Source: an uncultured Planctomycetales bacterium
Lineage (GTDB): Bacteria; Planctomycetota; MHYJ01; JACPRB01
Assembly (NCBI GenBank): GCA_964526305.1
Contig: CAZGKV010000005.1
Location: forward strand, 41,546-105,545
Direction of reading: 5' to 3'
DNA length: 64,000 nucleotides
A program made the position numbers and the translations under genes. This document shows positions 1 to 8,779 of this stretch, piece after piece. The notes under the pieces are model-generated. The model did not search any database, was not told where the DNA came from, and saw only the letters and a list, made by a program, of their open reading frames with translations. Numbering within the stretch: the stretch's first letter is position 1; each line of letters opens with the position of its first letter.

Positions 1-2
1 GG

Positions 3-626
3 TTCGACCCGAATCGTTTCCTGCATCGCGCGGCGTTCGAGGCGACGCAGGACCACCTCGCGGTCCTGGTGGAGAACTTCCACATCAAGAATCCGCTGCG
101 GGCGGGAATGGAACTCCTGCCGCTCAAGAACGCGGCCAAGCTGGAAGCCGCCCTCTTCGACCGGGCGCTGGCGGCGCTCGCGGAACGGGGGACGGTCGTC
201 GTCGAGAATCAGAAGGTGCGGCGCTCGACCTTCGCGATCCGCCTCTCCAAGGAGGATGCGGAGGCCGCCGCCGAGATCGAACGGCTTCTTCGCGAAACGC
301 GCTTCCAGACCCCCCGCCAGGACGAGCTTTATTCCCGCTTCAAGTACACGAAGGACCGCATCGATCGAGTGCTGGGATTGCTCGTGGACAACGGCTCGGT
401 CGCCTCGCTCAAGGACGGCGTCCTTCTCCACCGCGACACGGTGAAAGAGGCCATCGAGGTGGTGACGAAGGCGATCCGGGAACGGGGCGCGATCGAAGCC
501 GCCCAGTTCCGGGATCTGGTGGGTACGACGCGGAAATACGTCATCCCGCTCCTGGAGCATCTCGACGATCTCGGGGTGACTCAGCGGGTGGAAAACAAGC
601 GGGTTCTGCGCAAGAGTCCGAAGTGA
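3..626 (+). CDS. selB: Selenocysteine-specific elongation factor, C-terminal winged-helix (SECIS-binding) part; 5' truncated by window edge
   Basis: Frame is open from position 3. C-terminus FRDLVGTTRKYVIPLLEHLDDLGVTQRVENKRVL matches the SelB WH4 signature (SRKYAIPLLEYLD..G.T.R). Confidence 0.9.
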   Translation, partial: FDPNRFLHRAAFEATQDHLAVLVENFHIKNPLRAGMELLPLKNAAKLEAALFDRALAALAERGTVVVENQKVRRSTFAIRLSKEDAEAAAEIERLLRETRFQTPRQDELYSRFKYTKDRIDRVLGLLVDNGSVASLKDGVLLHRDTVKEAIEVVTKAIRERGAIEAAQFRDLVGTTRKYVIPLLEHLDDLGVTQRVENKRVLRKSPK

Positions 627-1192
627 CGGGGGAGCGATCGATCCAGGACGGGGACGTGGAACTGATGCTCCGTCTGCAGGGCGGAGACGAAGCCGCCTTC
701 GAGGACCTCGTTCGCCGTCATCAGCGCAACGTCCTGAACCTGGTGTATCGATATCTCGGCAACGCCGGCGATGCGGAGGACGTGGCTCAGGAGGTGTTTT
801 TCAAGGTCTACCGAGCGCGGCACCAGTACGAGCCGAAGGCCAAGTTCTCGACGTGGCTCTACCGCGTGACGGTCAACCATTGCCTCAACGAAATCCGCTC
901 GCGCAAGTCGCAGCCGGCGAGCTCGGAGCTCTCGGACGATCTCCTGAAAGACTCCGGAGTGATCAACCCGGACGCCAACCTCGACCGGGAAGATCTGCAG
1001 CACGCGGTCAAGGCCGCGGTCGACGCGCTTCCCGAGCATCAGCGGATGGCGGTGATCCTCGCCCGATACGAAGAGTTAAGCTACGAGGAGATCGCCGAGA
1101 CGATGGGGATCTCCCTCGAGGCCGTCAAGTCCGTCCTGCATCGTGCGAAGGAAACGCTGAAAGAGAAACTGCTTCACTTCGTCAAGCGCTGA
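623..1192 (+). CDS. ECF sigma-70 factor (SigW/RpoE-like)
   Basis: Region 2 (AEDVAQEVFFKVY, FSTWLYRVTVNHCLNEIR) and region 4 (YEEIAETMGISLEAVKSVLHRAK). GTGA overlap with the selB stop. Confidence 0.9.
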   Translation: MTGERSIQDGDVELMLRLQGGDEAAFEDLVRRHQRNVLNLVYRYLGNAGDAEDVAQEVFFKVYRARHQYEPKAKFSTWLYRVTVNHCLNEIRSRKSQPASSELSDDLLKDSGVINPDANLDREDLQHAVKAAVDALPEHQRMAVILARYEELSYEEIAETMGISLEAVKSVLHRAKETLKEKLLHFVKR

Positions 1193-1227
1193 TGTAATGC
1201 GCGGATGGTTCGCTCGTTAAACCTCCT

Positions 1228-1737
1228 GTGGAGCCGATGGCGCCCGTTCAAACGGATCTTCCCGCCGCCCTACGTCGCGTCGCTCCGGCTCTCTACGCCC
1301 TTGCCCGGGCGCGACTGGGGAATGAGCACGACGCGCAGGATGCGGTGCAGGAGGCCTCGCTTCGAGCGTTGCGGGCTCAGGAGACATATCGTCCGGGGGC
1401 GCCCCTCGAGCACTGGATCTTCCGGATCGCCGCGAACGTCGTGAAGGACATGGCGCGCCGGAATCGCGTCCGAAGGGAGGCGGCGTCGCACGGGCCGAAT
1501 GCGGACTTGTTCCTGGAGCCCGCGAAGGCAATGGAGCGGGAGGAAGACATCGGTCGAATCCACCGATGCCTTGGAGATTTGGATGCGGAGGAGCGCGCGC
1601 CTCTCCTTCTCCACCTCGTCCACGGCGTTCCCCAGGCCGAAGTTGCCGAGCTGATGGATCTCTCGGTGGAACATCTTCGAGTCCGTCTCTACCGCACCAT
1701 TCGCAAGGTGCGGCGAGCTCTCGGGATTGCGGAGTGA
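1228..1737 (+). CDS. ECF sigma-70 factor
   Basis: DAQDAVQEASLRA, WIFRIAANVVKD, VAELMDLSVEHLRVRLYR. Start could be ATG 1237. Confidence 0.85.
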   Translation: MEPMAPVQTDLPAALRRVAPALYALARARLGNEHDAQDAVQEASLRALRAQETYRPGAPLEHWIFRIAANVVKDMARRNRVRREAASHGPNADLFLEPAKAMEREEDIGRIHRCLGDLDAEERAPLLLHLVHGVPQAEVAELMDLSVEHLRVRLYRTIRKVRRALGIAE

Positions 1738-1740
1738 CTC

Positions 1741-2679
1741 ATGAGCTGTCCAAGGGGTGAAATCCAAGACGACGTCTACGGTTTTCTGGGACCGGACGAA
1801 TCGCGCCGGGTTCGCGAGCATCAAACTACGTGCGCATCCTGTCGCACCGCGACCGAACGCCTCGGACGGGAGCGTCAACTCCTCCTCCAAGCGGCCGAAC
1901 TGCTGATCCAGGAGAGCCCGAGGAACCGGCGCCGATTCCCCTGGATCTGGACCGGGGCGGCCGCCGCAGTGATGTGCGCGGGGACGCTCTGGATCGCCCT
2001 CGGAAACCTCCGATGGCCGCTCCCTCGCAATCCCGAGCGTTGGCTCGTTACTCCTCTGAACGACTCAGGGCAAGACCGGTCCGCCGGCGATGTGATCTCG
2101 CGGACCCGGGCGCATCGCGCATACCGGGGGAGTTTCGAGCTGGTGATTCGGGTCGGGAGGGCGCGGGAACCCGTTGTCTACCGAGGAGAATGGCTTTGGA
2201 TTCGGCCTGGGATCTTGTATCTGAACTTGTCGGGTTCGGATGGGACTCGTCGCCGCCTGATTCGGGTCGGAGACTCCGCCTGGTTGTATCACGAACTTGC
2301 GGGCGAGTGGCGGACGGCGGCAGATCTCGGCGTCTCGAAGGCCGGTCGGGGAGCGGAAAACCCCGATGATGTTCTTCGTCTACTGGCGCGCCATGTTCCC
2401 AACGCCCAGGGGGACATTCAACTCCGTCTTCCGGATCGGGAACTCCTGGGGCCGGAGTTCGACCACGTGCAAATCAGAGCGAGAGCGGTCGGAGGCCGGA
2501 TAGAGTCCTACGAGATCACCGCGGAGAACACGTCGGCCGGCGTCCAATGGACGTACGGAATCCGTTTCCTCGCCTTCGATGGCGACGAGAAATGGGAGTT
2601 TCGGAACAAGGGAGTCGTCCTTCCCATCCCGGAGCTAATCGAGAAGGAGATTCGTGATGCGCGGCGACGGTCTCAATAG
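1741..2679 (+). CDS. Zinc-binding anti-sigma factor with TM helix and extracytoplasmic LolA/LppX-like domain
   Basis: HQTTCASC (HxxxCxxC) near the N-terminus, hydrophobic WIWTGAAAAVMCAGTLWIAL, and position directly after an ECF gene. The fold of the C-terminal domain is inferred. Confidence 0.75.
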   Translation: MSCPRGEIQDDVYGFLGPDESRRVREHQTTCASCRTATERLGRERQLLLQAAELLIQESPRNRRRFPWIWTGAAAAVMCAGTLWIALGNLRWPLPRNPERWLVTPLNDSGQDRSAGDVISRTRAHRAYRGSFELVIRVGRAREPVVYRGEWLWIRPGILYLNLSGSDGTRRRLIRVGDSAWLYHELAGEWRTAADLGVSKAGRGAENPDDVLRLLARHVPNAQGDIQLRLPDRELLGPEFDHVQIRARAVGGRIESYEITAENTSAGVQWTYGIRFLAFDGDEKWEFRNKGVVLPIPELIEKEIRDARRRSQ

Positions 2680-2735
2680 ATCTCGCCACCGACGACCGAG
2701 CGGCGTTTAATAGCGGTGACAAAGCGGAGGAATCG

Positions 2736-3467
2736 ATGACCCACCTCTTGCTGGCGGCGGCGGTACTGGTTCAGGATCCGGCTTCCGACGCGGATAAGGC
2801 GATCAAGAAGCTTCGGGGCGAGAAAAGCTATCGCACGAAATTCAAGGCGACGATCGAAGCCCCTGGAAGCGACCCTCTCGTCGTGCAAGGGGAAAGCGTC
2901 TGGGTAAAGCCGGGTGTCCTCTACATTCAGTATTTGGGTTCCGGGGGAGACAACAAGCGGATCATTCGCGTGGGCGACAAAGTGTGGGTCTACCACGAAC
3001 TCCTGGCCGACTGGGTTTCCGGCGAGGAGATGGGAACCCCAGGCGCCGGGCGGGGGGTCCAAAACCCGGACGAGGTTCTCGCCGTGCTCCTTAAATATGC
3101 CCAGAAGGCGAAGACGGCGGACGGCGCACTGGAGATCGGATTCGCCGGAGGCGACATCGAGACCATCATGAAAGAACAAGCCAATTCGGGGAGCTTCGAT
3201 TGGAGGAAATCCAAAGCGGCGGCACGGCTCTTTCTCAAGGCGGGGGAAGTCCATCGGTTCACCAGCACCGCCGAACTGATCTCGGTCGAGGAGAGCCTCC
3301 GAGGAAAGATCGTGAAGTACTCCGCCGAAGTCGAGATCGTGAATACGAGTAGAGACACGAGTCTTAAGTTCACCATTGTGGATGAACGGACGAAACGGCC
3401 CGTAGAAGTACCCGTGCCCCCCTTCATCGAGAAGGAGATCTCGGGATACCTCGTCAAGAAACCGTAG
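2736..3467 (+). CDS. Exported protein paralogous to the C-terminal domain of the upstream anti-sigma factor
   Basis: Signal peptide MTHLLLAAAVLVQD and GGAGG RBS. WVKPGVLYIQ..IRVGDKVWVYHEL..GAGRGVQNPDEVL aligns with WIRPGILYLN..IRVGDSAWLYHEL..KAGRGAENPDDVL. Confidence 0.75.
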   Translation: MTHLLLAAAVLVQDPASDADKAIKKLRGEKSYRTKFKATIEAPGSDPLVVQGESVWVKPGVLYIQYLGSGGDNKRIIRVGDKVWVYHELLADWVSGEEMGTPGAGRGVQNPDEVLAVLLKYAQKAKTADGALEIGFAGGDIETIMKEQANSGSFDWRKSKAAARLFLKAGEVHRFTSTAELISVEESLRGKIVKYSAEVEIVNTSRDTSLKFTIVDERTKRPVEVPVPPFIEKEISGYLVKKP

Positions 3468-3512
3468 CGTCCGTCGAATACGGCGACGTCCGTCTCTCTC
3501 GCATGGCCTCCA

Positions 3513-3639
3513 CCCGGCTGGTGGTTCGACACCTCAGTTCGTGCGGGTTGCTTGGCCCTCGGGCCTCCGCAACCCCCAAGATCAAGCGCGACTCACCACG
3601 AGGGCAAGCAACTTATGGAATCGGTGCCCGGCAGTCGGG
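3513..3639 (+). ncRNA. Candidate structured RNA, rod-shaped with central bubble (6S RNA-like)
   Basis: Nested pairings by eye: 3513-3520 with 3632-3639 (one G-U, favouring the + strand), 3530-3533 with 3623-3626, and 3547-3561 with 3599-3612 (14 bp, one bulge). Central 13/10-nt bubble. Lies in a 220-nt gap between convergent genes. Confidence 0.35.
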
Positions 3640-3656
3640 CCTCCCGCAATAGCCTC

Positions 3657-3677
3657 AGTCCCGGCATCGCCGGGACT
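3657..3677. terminator. GC-rich hairpin between convergent genes, probable terminator
   Basis: agtcccggc-atc-gccgggact, a perfect 9-bp stem with only a weak U tract. Confidence 0.45.
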
Positions 3678-3689
3678 TCGTTCACGGTA

Positions 3690-4604
3690 CTACTCGATCA
3701 TGCTTTGACTCCACTCTTCGTCCAGGGACTGAAGATCTCCTAGGGATCCGCCGCGCAGTAGGGCTCCGATCGGATCTGCATGGACATCGCCTCGCTTGGA
3801 CAAGAGGACACGAATCAACGCCCAGGCCTCTGCGTAGGCGAGAAGAACGTTTCCGGAGTAGAATTCTTCTCTCGACATCGCGATCAGTCGGCGCAGAGGG
3901 ATCAGCGTGCCATCCTTCCGAGCGGCACGCAATCGTTCGCGATGGGCCGGAGAATCGGCACCCGGCACCAGCCTCCCTATGCCGACGGAATAGAACGTGA
4001 AGTACTCGGCCAGACCTTCCGTCAACCAGATCGGACGGGTCACTCCGAAAACCCGATGGAGATACTGGTGACAGAACTCATGCATCAGGGCGCAGACGAG
4101 GCCGTTCCGATTTCCTGAGTAGGGCACCACGACCTCGGCTCCACCCGGATCGTAGAAAGAGGCGGCTTCCGGCACTCCGCGACACTGGGCGTAGATCCGG
4201 AAGTCCTTCTCCTGGCGGAACACCCGGACGGAGAATCGAAGATCCGACGAATCCCCTCCCAGCATCTCCCGATGGAGCCGATGCGCCTCCTCCAAATAGA
4301 CTCCGGCCGCGCGCAACTCCGCGGGCGGGCCGTCGCTTCGAATGGCGAAGGAATCGGTCATCAGGAGAACCCACCCTGGGATTTCCAGTCGAAGCACCTC
4401 CCACTTTTCCGATCTTCGGCGAATCTCGCGCTCGGTGAAGGGGGAAGGCGCCCGCCGGCTTCCGTCGACGGGCGCCAGTGAGGAGGACCTGGAGCTTTTC
4501 GGCGCTTCCGGAGTCGGCATCCGAACGGGAATCTCCGGATGGGTCCGAAGAGCGAAAGGGGTCACAGGAAGGATCGGCACCAGCAGGATCAAGATCAGTT
4601 TCAT
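3690..4604 (-). CDS. Exported HExxH metallopeptidase-like protein (DUF1570-like)
   Basis: LMHEFCHQYLH followed by WLTEGLAEYF. Signal-like MKLILILLVPILP at ATG 4604. Confidence 0.7.
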   Translation of the reverse strand: MKLILILLVPILPVTPFALRTHPEIPVRMPTPEAPKSSRSSSLAPVDGSRRAPSPFTEREIRRRSEKWEVLRLEIPGWVLLMTDSFAIRSDGPPAELRAAGVYLEEAHRLHREMLGGDSSDLRFSVRVFRQEKDFRIYAQCRGVPEAASFYDPGGAEVVVPYSGNRNGLVCALMHEFCHQYLHRVFGVTRPIWLTEGLAEYFTFYSVGIGRLVPGADSPAHRERLRAARKDGTLIPLRRLIAMSREEFYSGNVLLAYAEAWALIRVLLSKRGDVHADPIGALLRGGSLGDLQSLDEEWSQSMIE

Positions 4605-4697
4605 CAGCGCCACCCATTTGTCCATCTGGATGGGCGAGGGATGCAAAGGGCATGCCGAGGAAAAGGGCACGGCGTTCCGCGGGAGTCGAGGAGGGAG

Positions 4698-4734
4698 GTT
4701 ACGATTCGTAACTGGAGAGGGGTAGAATCGTAAC
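4698..4734. promoter_or_regulatory. Palindromic operator-like site plus extra half-site in a divergent promoter region
   Basis: GTTACGA-T-TCGTAAC at 4698-4712 and a repeat half-site AATCGTAAC at 4726-4734. TACAAT -10-like hexamer at 4745-4750. Confidence 0.45.
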
Positions 4735-4756
4735 GCGGCCGCGGTACAATCGCGAA

Positions 4757-5929
4757 GTGAGACTCTCTCTGGTTCTCCTGGCGCTCGTCGGCTGCGCGAG
4801 CGGCCCCACGTTTCTCGCCGGAACGGCCGTCACGAATCTCACGCCGGATCATGCCGTGCCCTTGGGAGGCTATGGGGCCAGGAAGGGCAGACCCATGACG
4901 GGACTCCACGATCCCGTCCAGGCGAAAGCGCTCTGGCTCGAATTGGGGGAGCGGCGCATCTGCCTCGTCACCACCGATCTCATCGGGACCTCCGACGAAT
5001 TCCGGAGCGAGGTCGTGAAGCGGCTGCCTGCAGAATACCGCTGCGACCTGATCATCGCCGCCAGCCACAACCACTCAGGCCCTGGAGCCCTCACGCGCAA
5101 TCCGTGGCTTCAGATTGCAATGGGCAAGTTCGATCCCGAGCTCTACGAAACTTATGTTCGTAAGATCACCGATCTCATCGTCTCTTCCGCTCGAGCTCGA
5201 TCGCCGGCCCGCGTGGGGTTCGCAACCGGAAGCGCTCCCGACCTTCAGCGCAACCGGCGATCCAAGCACTATCCGGGCGCCGCGCCCCTCGACCCGGAAG
5301 TGCTGATCGCTCAAGTCGACGGCGGAGTCTTGGTCAACTATGCAGCGCACGGTACGGTGCTCGGGAGCGACAACTTTCTCCTTTCCGGGGATTGGCCGGG
5401 GGCGTTTCAGCGGGCCCTGGAGCGGAAGATCGCCAAGACGGTCCTCTATGCCAACGGAGCCGAAGGAGATCTGTCGCCGGTGCCCCCGGGTGGAACCGAC
5501 GACTTCGAGCGCTGCGAGCGGATGGGGGAGGCATTGGCCGCTCGCGTCGAATCTTGGATTCGGGAGGTCCGGCGAAAGCCCGCTCGACGACTGCTCTATA
5601 TAGAGGAAGCCGTTTCCCTTCCCAAGGCGACGCTTCCGCTCCTCCCCTCTCGAAGCGTGGTCGGCCTGCTCGTCGTCGACGAGACCGCCTTTCTCTGCGT
5701 CCCTGGGGAGATGTGCGCGGATCTTGGATTGGAACTCAAGCGCCGATTTCGCGAGCGGGGATTTCGGTTCGTGGCGATCTTGGGGTTGGCGAACGACCAT
5801 CTCGGGTACTTCCTGACCGAAGAACAGCATCGGAAAGGCGGTTACGAGCGCGACATGAGTCTCTATGGCTCGGGAATGGGGCCGTTTCTCCTCGAGGCCT
5901 TCGACCGGTTGGCGGCACGCGCGCGATAG
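4757..5929 (+). CDS. Neutral/alkaline ceramidase-family hydrolase, lipoprotein
   Basis: Lipobox LALVGC, ASHNHSGP, NYAAHGT, ANGAEGDLSP, LANDHLGY, GGYE. Confidence 0.75.
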   Translation: MRLSLVLLALVGCASGPTFLAGTAVTNLTPDHAVPLGGYGARKGRPMTGLHDPVQAKALWLELGERRICLVTTDLIGTSDEFRSEVVKRLPAEYRCDLIIAASHNHSGPGALTRNPWLQIAMGKFDPELYETYVRKITDLIVSSARARSPARVGFATGSAPDLQRNRRSKHYPGAAPLDPEVLIAQVDGGVLVNYAAHGTVLGSDNFLLSGDWPGAFQRALERKIAKTVLYANGAEGDLSPVPPGGTDDFERCERMGEALAARVESWIREVRRKPARRLLYIEEAVSLPKATLPLLPSRSVVGLLVVDETAFLCVPGEMCADLGLELKRRFRERGFRFVAILGLANDHLGYFLTEEQHRKGGYERDMSLYGSGMGPFLLEAFDRLAARAR

Positions 5930-5934
5930 CGCCT

Positions 5935-6471
5935 CTACTTTTTCGCTTCGAACTCGAGACAGACATGAGTCACCTTGCCGCTGGGCGAGGTGGTTTCCAT
6001 TCGTACGATCCAACCGGGAACGTCGCGGGAATACCAAGCCTGGGCGCGTCCGATTTCCTTTCCCTGGCAGTCGTAGACGACATCGGTGACGATGACGCAT
6101 CGAAGTTTTCGTCCCGCTACCTCTAGCTGCTCCGTCCCACGCTTCGGATTCGATCGGTGGAGATTCTTGCAGGTCGCGCAAGGCTCGGGGCGGGAGCTCG
6201 GCGGCTTGAGCTCGATCGGCGTCGGTTCGGTTTCAAACTCGCCGTCCCCGACTTTCACCTTCTGGACCGACTGGAGGAGGATGAGCTCTTCGTTCTTGGC
6301 CTGGAGGACGGTTCTCCCGGTGATGGTCGCGGAAGGGGACTCCACCCGATACCGGACCCAGGATCCTTTTTCGAATCGAACCCAGGCGTCCCAAGGGACG
6401 AAGACGATCGCGTCGTCGTCCGTTTTGGGGGAGTCTTGGAGGAAGAGGGAACAGACGAGCGTCAAGACCAT
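5935..6471 (-). CDS. Hypothetical exported protein
   Basis: Signal-like N-terminus, coherent 178-aa ORF, TATGAT 6 nt upstream of the ATG. Confidence 0.65.
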   Translation of the reverse strand: MVLTLVCSLFLQDSPKTDDDAIVFVPWDAWVRFEKGSWVRYRVESPSATITGRTVLQAKNEELILLQSVQKVKVGDGEFETEPTPIELKPPSSRPEPCATCKNLHRSNPKRGTEQLEVAGRKLRCVIVTDVVYDCQGKEIGRAQAWYSRDVPGWIVRMETTSPSGKVTHVCLEFEAKK

Positions 6472-6526
6472 AGCCAGATCATACCTCAGATGGAACTTCA
6501 GGGGGTAGCTCGCCGGCGCTCCCGGT

Positions 6527-7831
6527 CTACTGGAGCGCTCCCCGTCCCCGCTTCTGGGCCGCCTGGGTCCCGGAAGAGCTCAGCCAAATCGGTGTCGAGA
6601 GCCGGTCCTCCGTCCACGGCAGGACTTCGGCGGGAGTGACCTCGGCGAGGATCGGCACTACTCTCTGGAGCGCTTGCGTGAGACGCTCCTGGCGAGCCAA
6701 GTTGCCCTTTTCGGAAGGAACAACCGCCGATCCGTCCTGCGAAAAGAGATCCGCATCTTCTGCGGCAACCCGGTATGCGATCGCCGATTTCCAGAGATCC
6801 GATATGCGGTCGAGATGGGTGATCGCCAGACCGTCGACGGGACAGACAACGAGGGCGTATCGTGCGAGAACGAGGTCGGGCCAACCGACGCGAAAAGGTC
6901 GTGGCCACCCGCCTTCCTCCTGAAGATGCGGTTCGGGGAGACGCACGGCGAGTTCGGGCGACTCGGTCGGGAACGGCCCCTCGCCATGGCGCGTGAGATA
7001 CGTTCGCAGCACGCCGAGGCGGCGAACGGGCCCGTCGAATTTCGACAGAAGCGACTCCGTGCCTTCGCCGGTGCACGTGCTCCACGTGGTGTGCGGGTGG
7101 AAGCCTCTCCACTCGTCCAGGAGCACTCCCTGCGCACCCTCGAAGACGACCGTCCCTTCGATATCGTGCAGAGCCTCCTCGACGACCGCCGGCCCGACTG
7201 GCCGGATCGCCTCGAGCCACCGGTCTACGACATTGGGATCCTCAAGCATCGCCCGCTCGGTGCGCGCGAGAGTTCCGTCGGGGAATCCGCGGAACTCGGC
7301 ATGCAGCCGTTGCTGCGCCTGAGAGGTCTTGCGGCGCAGATCGGCGCCGCCAACGGCGAGATCCCGGGCGCGAATGGCATCCTCGGGATGATCGAGCGCG
7401 TCGCGGACCGCCTCGCCGATTCCCACCCCGCAGCTTCCGTGGCGCGCGGGGCCTCGCGCGAGCTCCCGAAGCCGGCCGGCGGCCTGATGGAACGGCGTGA
7501 CGATTCGAGCGCGGTCTGCTATCGAAAGGCGCTGTAGGGCGTCGGGAACGCCCACTTCCTGGAGTCGGCGGGCTTCGACCAGGAGCGCGGTGGGATGAAC
7601 CACGACATCCCGAGCCAGATAGGTGCGGACTCCAGGAACGAAACTTCCGGCGCCAAATTGGGCGAAGACGTGCCGGCGCCCGTCGGGAGCGACGACGGTG
7701 TGACCGGCCTGCGCGCCGCCGTTCCAACGCACGATGAGGCGAGCTCCTCGCGTGCGTGTCAGCCAGTCGACGACGGTTCCTTTGCCCGAATCGCCGAACG
7801 CGAGGTCGAGGACGATCCAGGCTTCGTTCAC
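6527..7831 (-). CDS. Adenylosuccinate synthetase (PurA)-like GTP-dependent ligase, divergent
   Basis: FGDSGKG P-loop, GGAQAGHTV, FEGAQGVLLD, TRHGEGPFPTE. GTG start at 7831 overlaps the vWA gene stop (GTGA). Confidence 0.85.
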   Translation of the reverse strand: MNEAWIVLDLAFGDSGKGTVVDWLTRTRGARLIVRWNGGAQAGHTVVAPDGRRHVFAQFGAGSFVPGVRTYLARDVVVHPTALLVEARRLQEVGVPDALQRLSIADRARIVTPFHQAAGRLRELARGPARHGSCGVGIGEAVRDALDHPEDAIRARDLAVGGADLRRKTSQAQQRLHAEFRGFPDGTLARTERAMLEDPNVVDRWLEAIRPVGPAVVEEALHDIEGTVVFEGAQGVLLDEWRGFHPHTTWSTCTGEGTESLLSKFDGPVRRLGVLRTYLTRHGEGPFPTESPELAVRLPEPHLQEEGGWPRPFRVGWPDLVLARYALVVCPVDGLAITHLDRISDLWKSAIAYRVAAEDADLFSQDGSAVVPSEKGNLARQERLTQALQRVVPILAEVTPAEVLPWTEDRLSTPIWLSSSGTQAAQKRGRGALQ

Positions 7832-8775
7832 GGAGCCGTCGAGGCGTCGGTATCCAGTCTTGGAAGAGGGACGCCGTCTTTCCCGAGAGTCGCCGCCCAC
7901 GGCGTCAGCGCTCGGACGACGGCCCCGATGCGATCGGGCGGATGTCCGCGGCGTTCCAATTCCTTCACGAGCGCCGCCACGTCCGCGAGAGCTCCCTCTC
8001 CGAGGGCGACGATTCCCGCCGCGACGGCGCAGGTGTCGGCCGGGCTTTCCATGGAAATGACTCGATCGCCCAAGACGTTACGCCAGGCGCGCTCGCACCG
8101 GACGCGGCGGTCGAGGTCGGGGATGAGGAAGAAGGGTTCGAGTGCGCGCTGCGCCTCGTCCACGACGACGGCGAGGGGGAGATCCTCCTCGAGTTCGTCG
8201 CCGAGGAGGCGTCGGACCGCCTCGCGCGAGAGCTGCGGGTAGGGTTTTTCGTCGCCGGTGAGGAAGAAGTAGCCTCGCTTGCCGCGAAGTCTCCGGCAGT
8301 CCATCTCGAGATGGCGCGCGGAGAAGTAGAGGGCGAGTTCGTACGACTCGTGGTCCCCCGGACCTCCGTGTCCCTCGAGCCAGCACCAGGTGAGCCACTG
8401 ATCCATGAGCTCGCCGGTCGACTCGAACTGTCCTACCTGGAGCGGCGCTTGATCGCTGAAGGCGTCTCCCACCGCCATGAAGAGCACTTGCGGGTCGGCG
8501 ATCCCAAGGTCGAGGAGCGTCCTGACGAAGCCCGGGAGCTCCTTCCGCGCGAGCCTCTCGGGGATTACTCCCATGGAGCCGGTCACGTCGAGGGCGAACG
8601 CGATCGCGAGGGATTGCGGATGTCCGACGCTGTCGCGACTTTCCCGAAGCTTTACCCCGAAGGGTTTCATCAGATCGTGGATGCGTTCCTGACGGAAGAC
8701 CTTCTGGATCGGCAGATCGGCGCGCTTTCGCGCGATCGCTTCGTGAGCCTCATAGCTGTATCCGCCGAATCCCAT
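7828..8775 (-). CDS. von Willebrand factor A (MIDAS) domain protein
   Basis: ALDVTGSM (DxTxS MIDAS), AVGDA, ESYELALY, FLTGDE. ATG at 8775. Confidence 0.8.
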   Translation of the reverse strand: MGFGGYSYEAHEAIARKRADLPIQKVFRQERIHDLMKPFGVKLRESRDSVGHPQSLAIAFALDVTGSMGVIPERLARKELPGFVRTLLDLGIADPQVLFMAVGDAFSDQAPLQVGQFESTGELMDQWLTWCWLEGHGGPGDHESYELALYFSARHLEMDCRRLRGKRGYFFLTGDEKPYPQLSREAVRRLLGDELEEDLPLAVVVDEAQRALEPFFLIPDLDRRVRCERAWRNVLGDRVISMESPADTCAVAAGIVALGEGALADVAALVKELERRGHPPDRIGAVVRALTPWAATLGKDGVPLPRLDTDASTAP

Positions 8776-8779
8776 CGTC

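Noticed and set aside
1735-1743. Sec readthrough fusing the second ECF to its anti-sigma (TGA-CTC-ATG is in frame)
   Set aside because: The TGA is at the natural sigma C-terminus, not at a Cys position, and separate ECF/anti-sigma genes are the norm.
3505-3535. tRNA-Sec or tmRNA suggested by GGTTCGA and CCTCCACC near selB
   Set aside because: No cloverleaf, no UCA anticodon arm, no 5-bp T stem with 7-nt loop, no CCA end and no tag reading frame.
6160-6190. Heme c attachment site in CATCKNLH
   Set aside because: The motif is CxxCxxxH, not CxxCH.
6527-7831. PurZ (diaminopurine/Z-base synthesis) or housekeeping purA
   Set aside because: The P-loop keeps Asp (GDSGKG), whereas PurZ has Ser there, and no phage context is present. 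The missing TTGR loop argues against labelling it plain purA.
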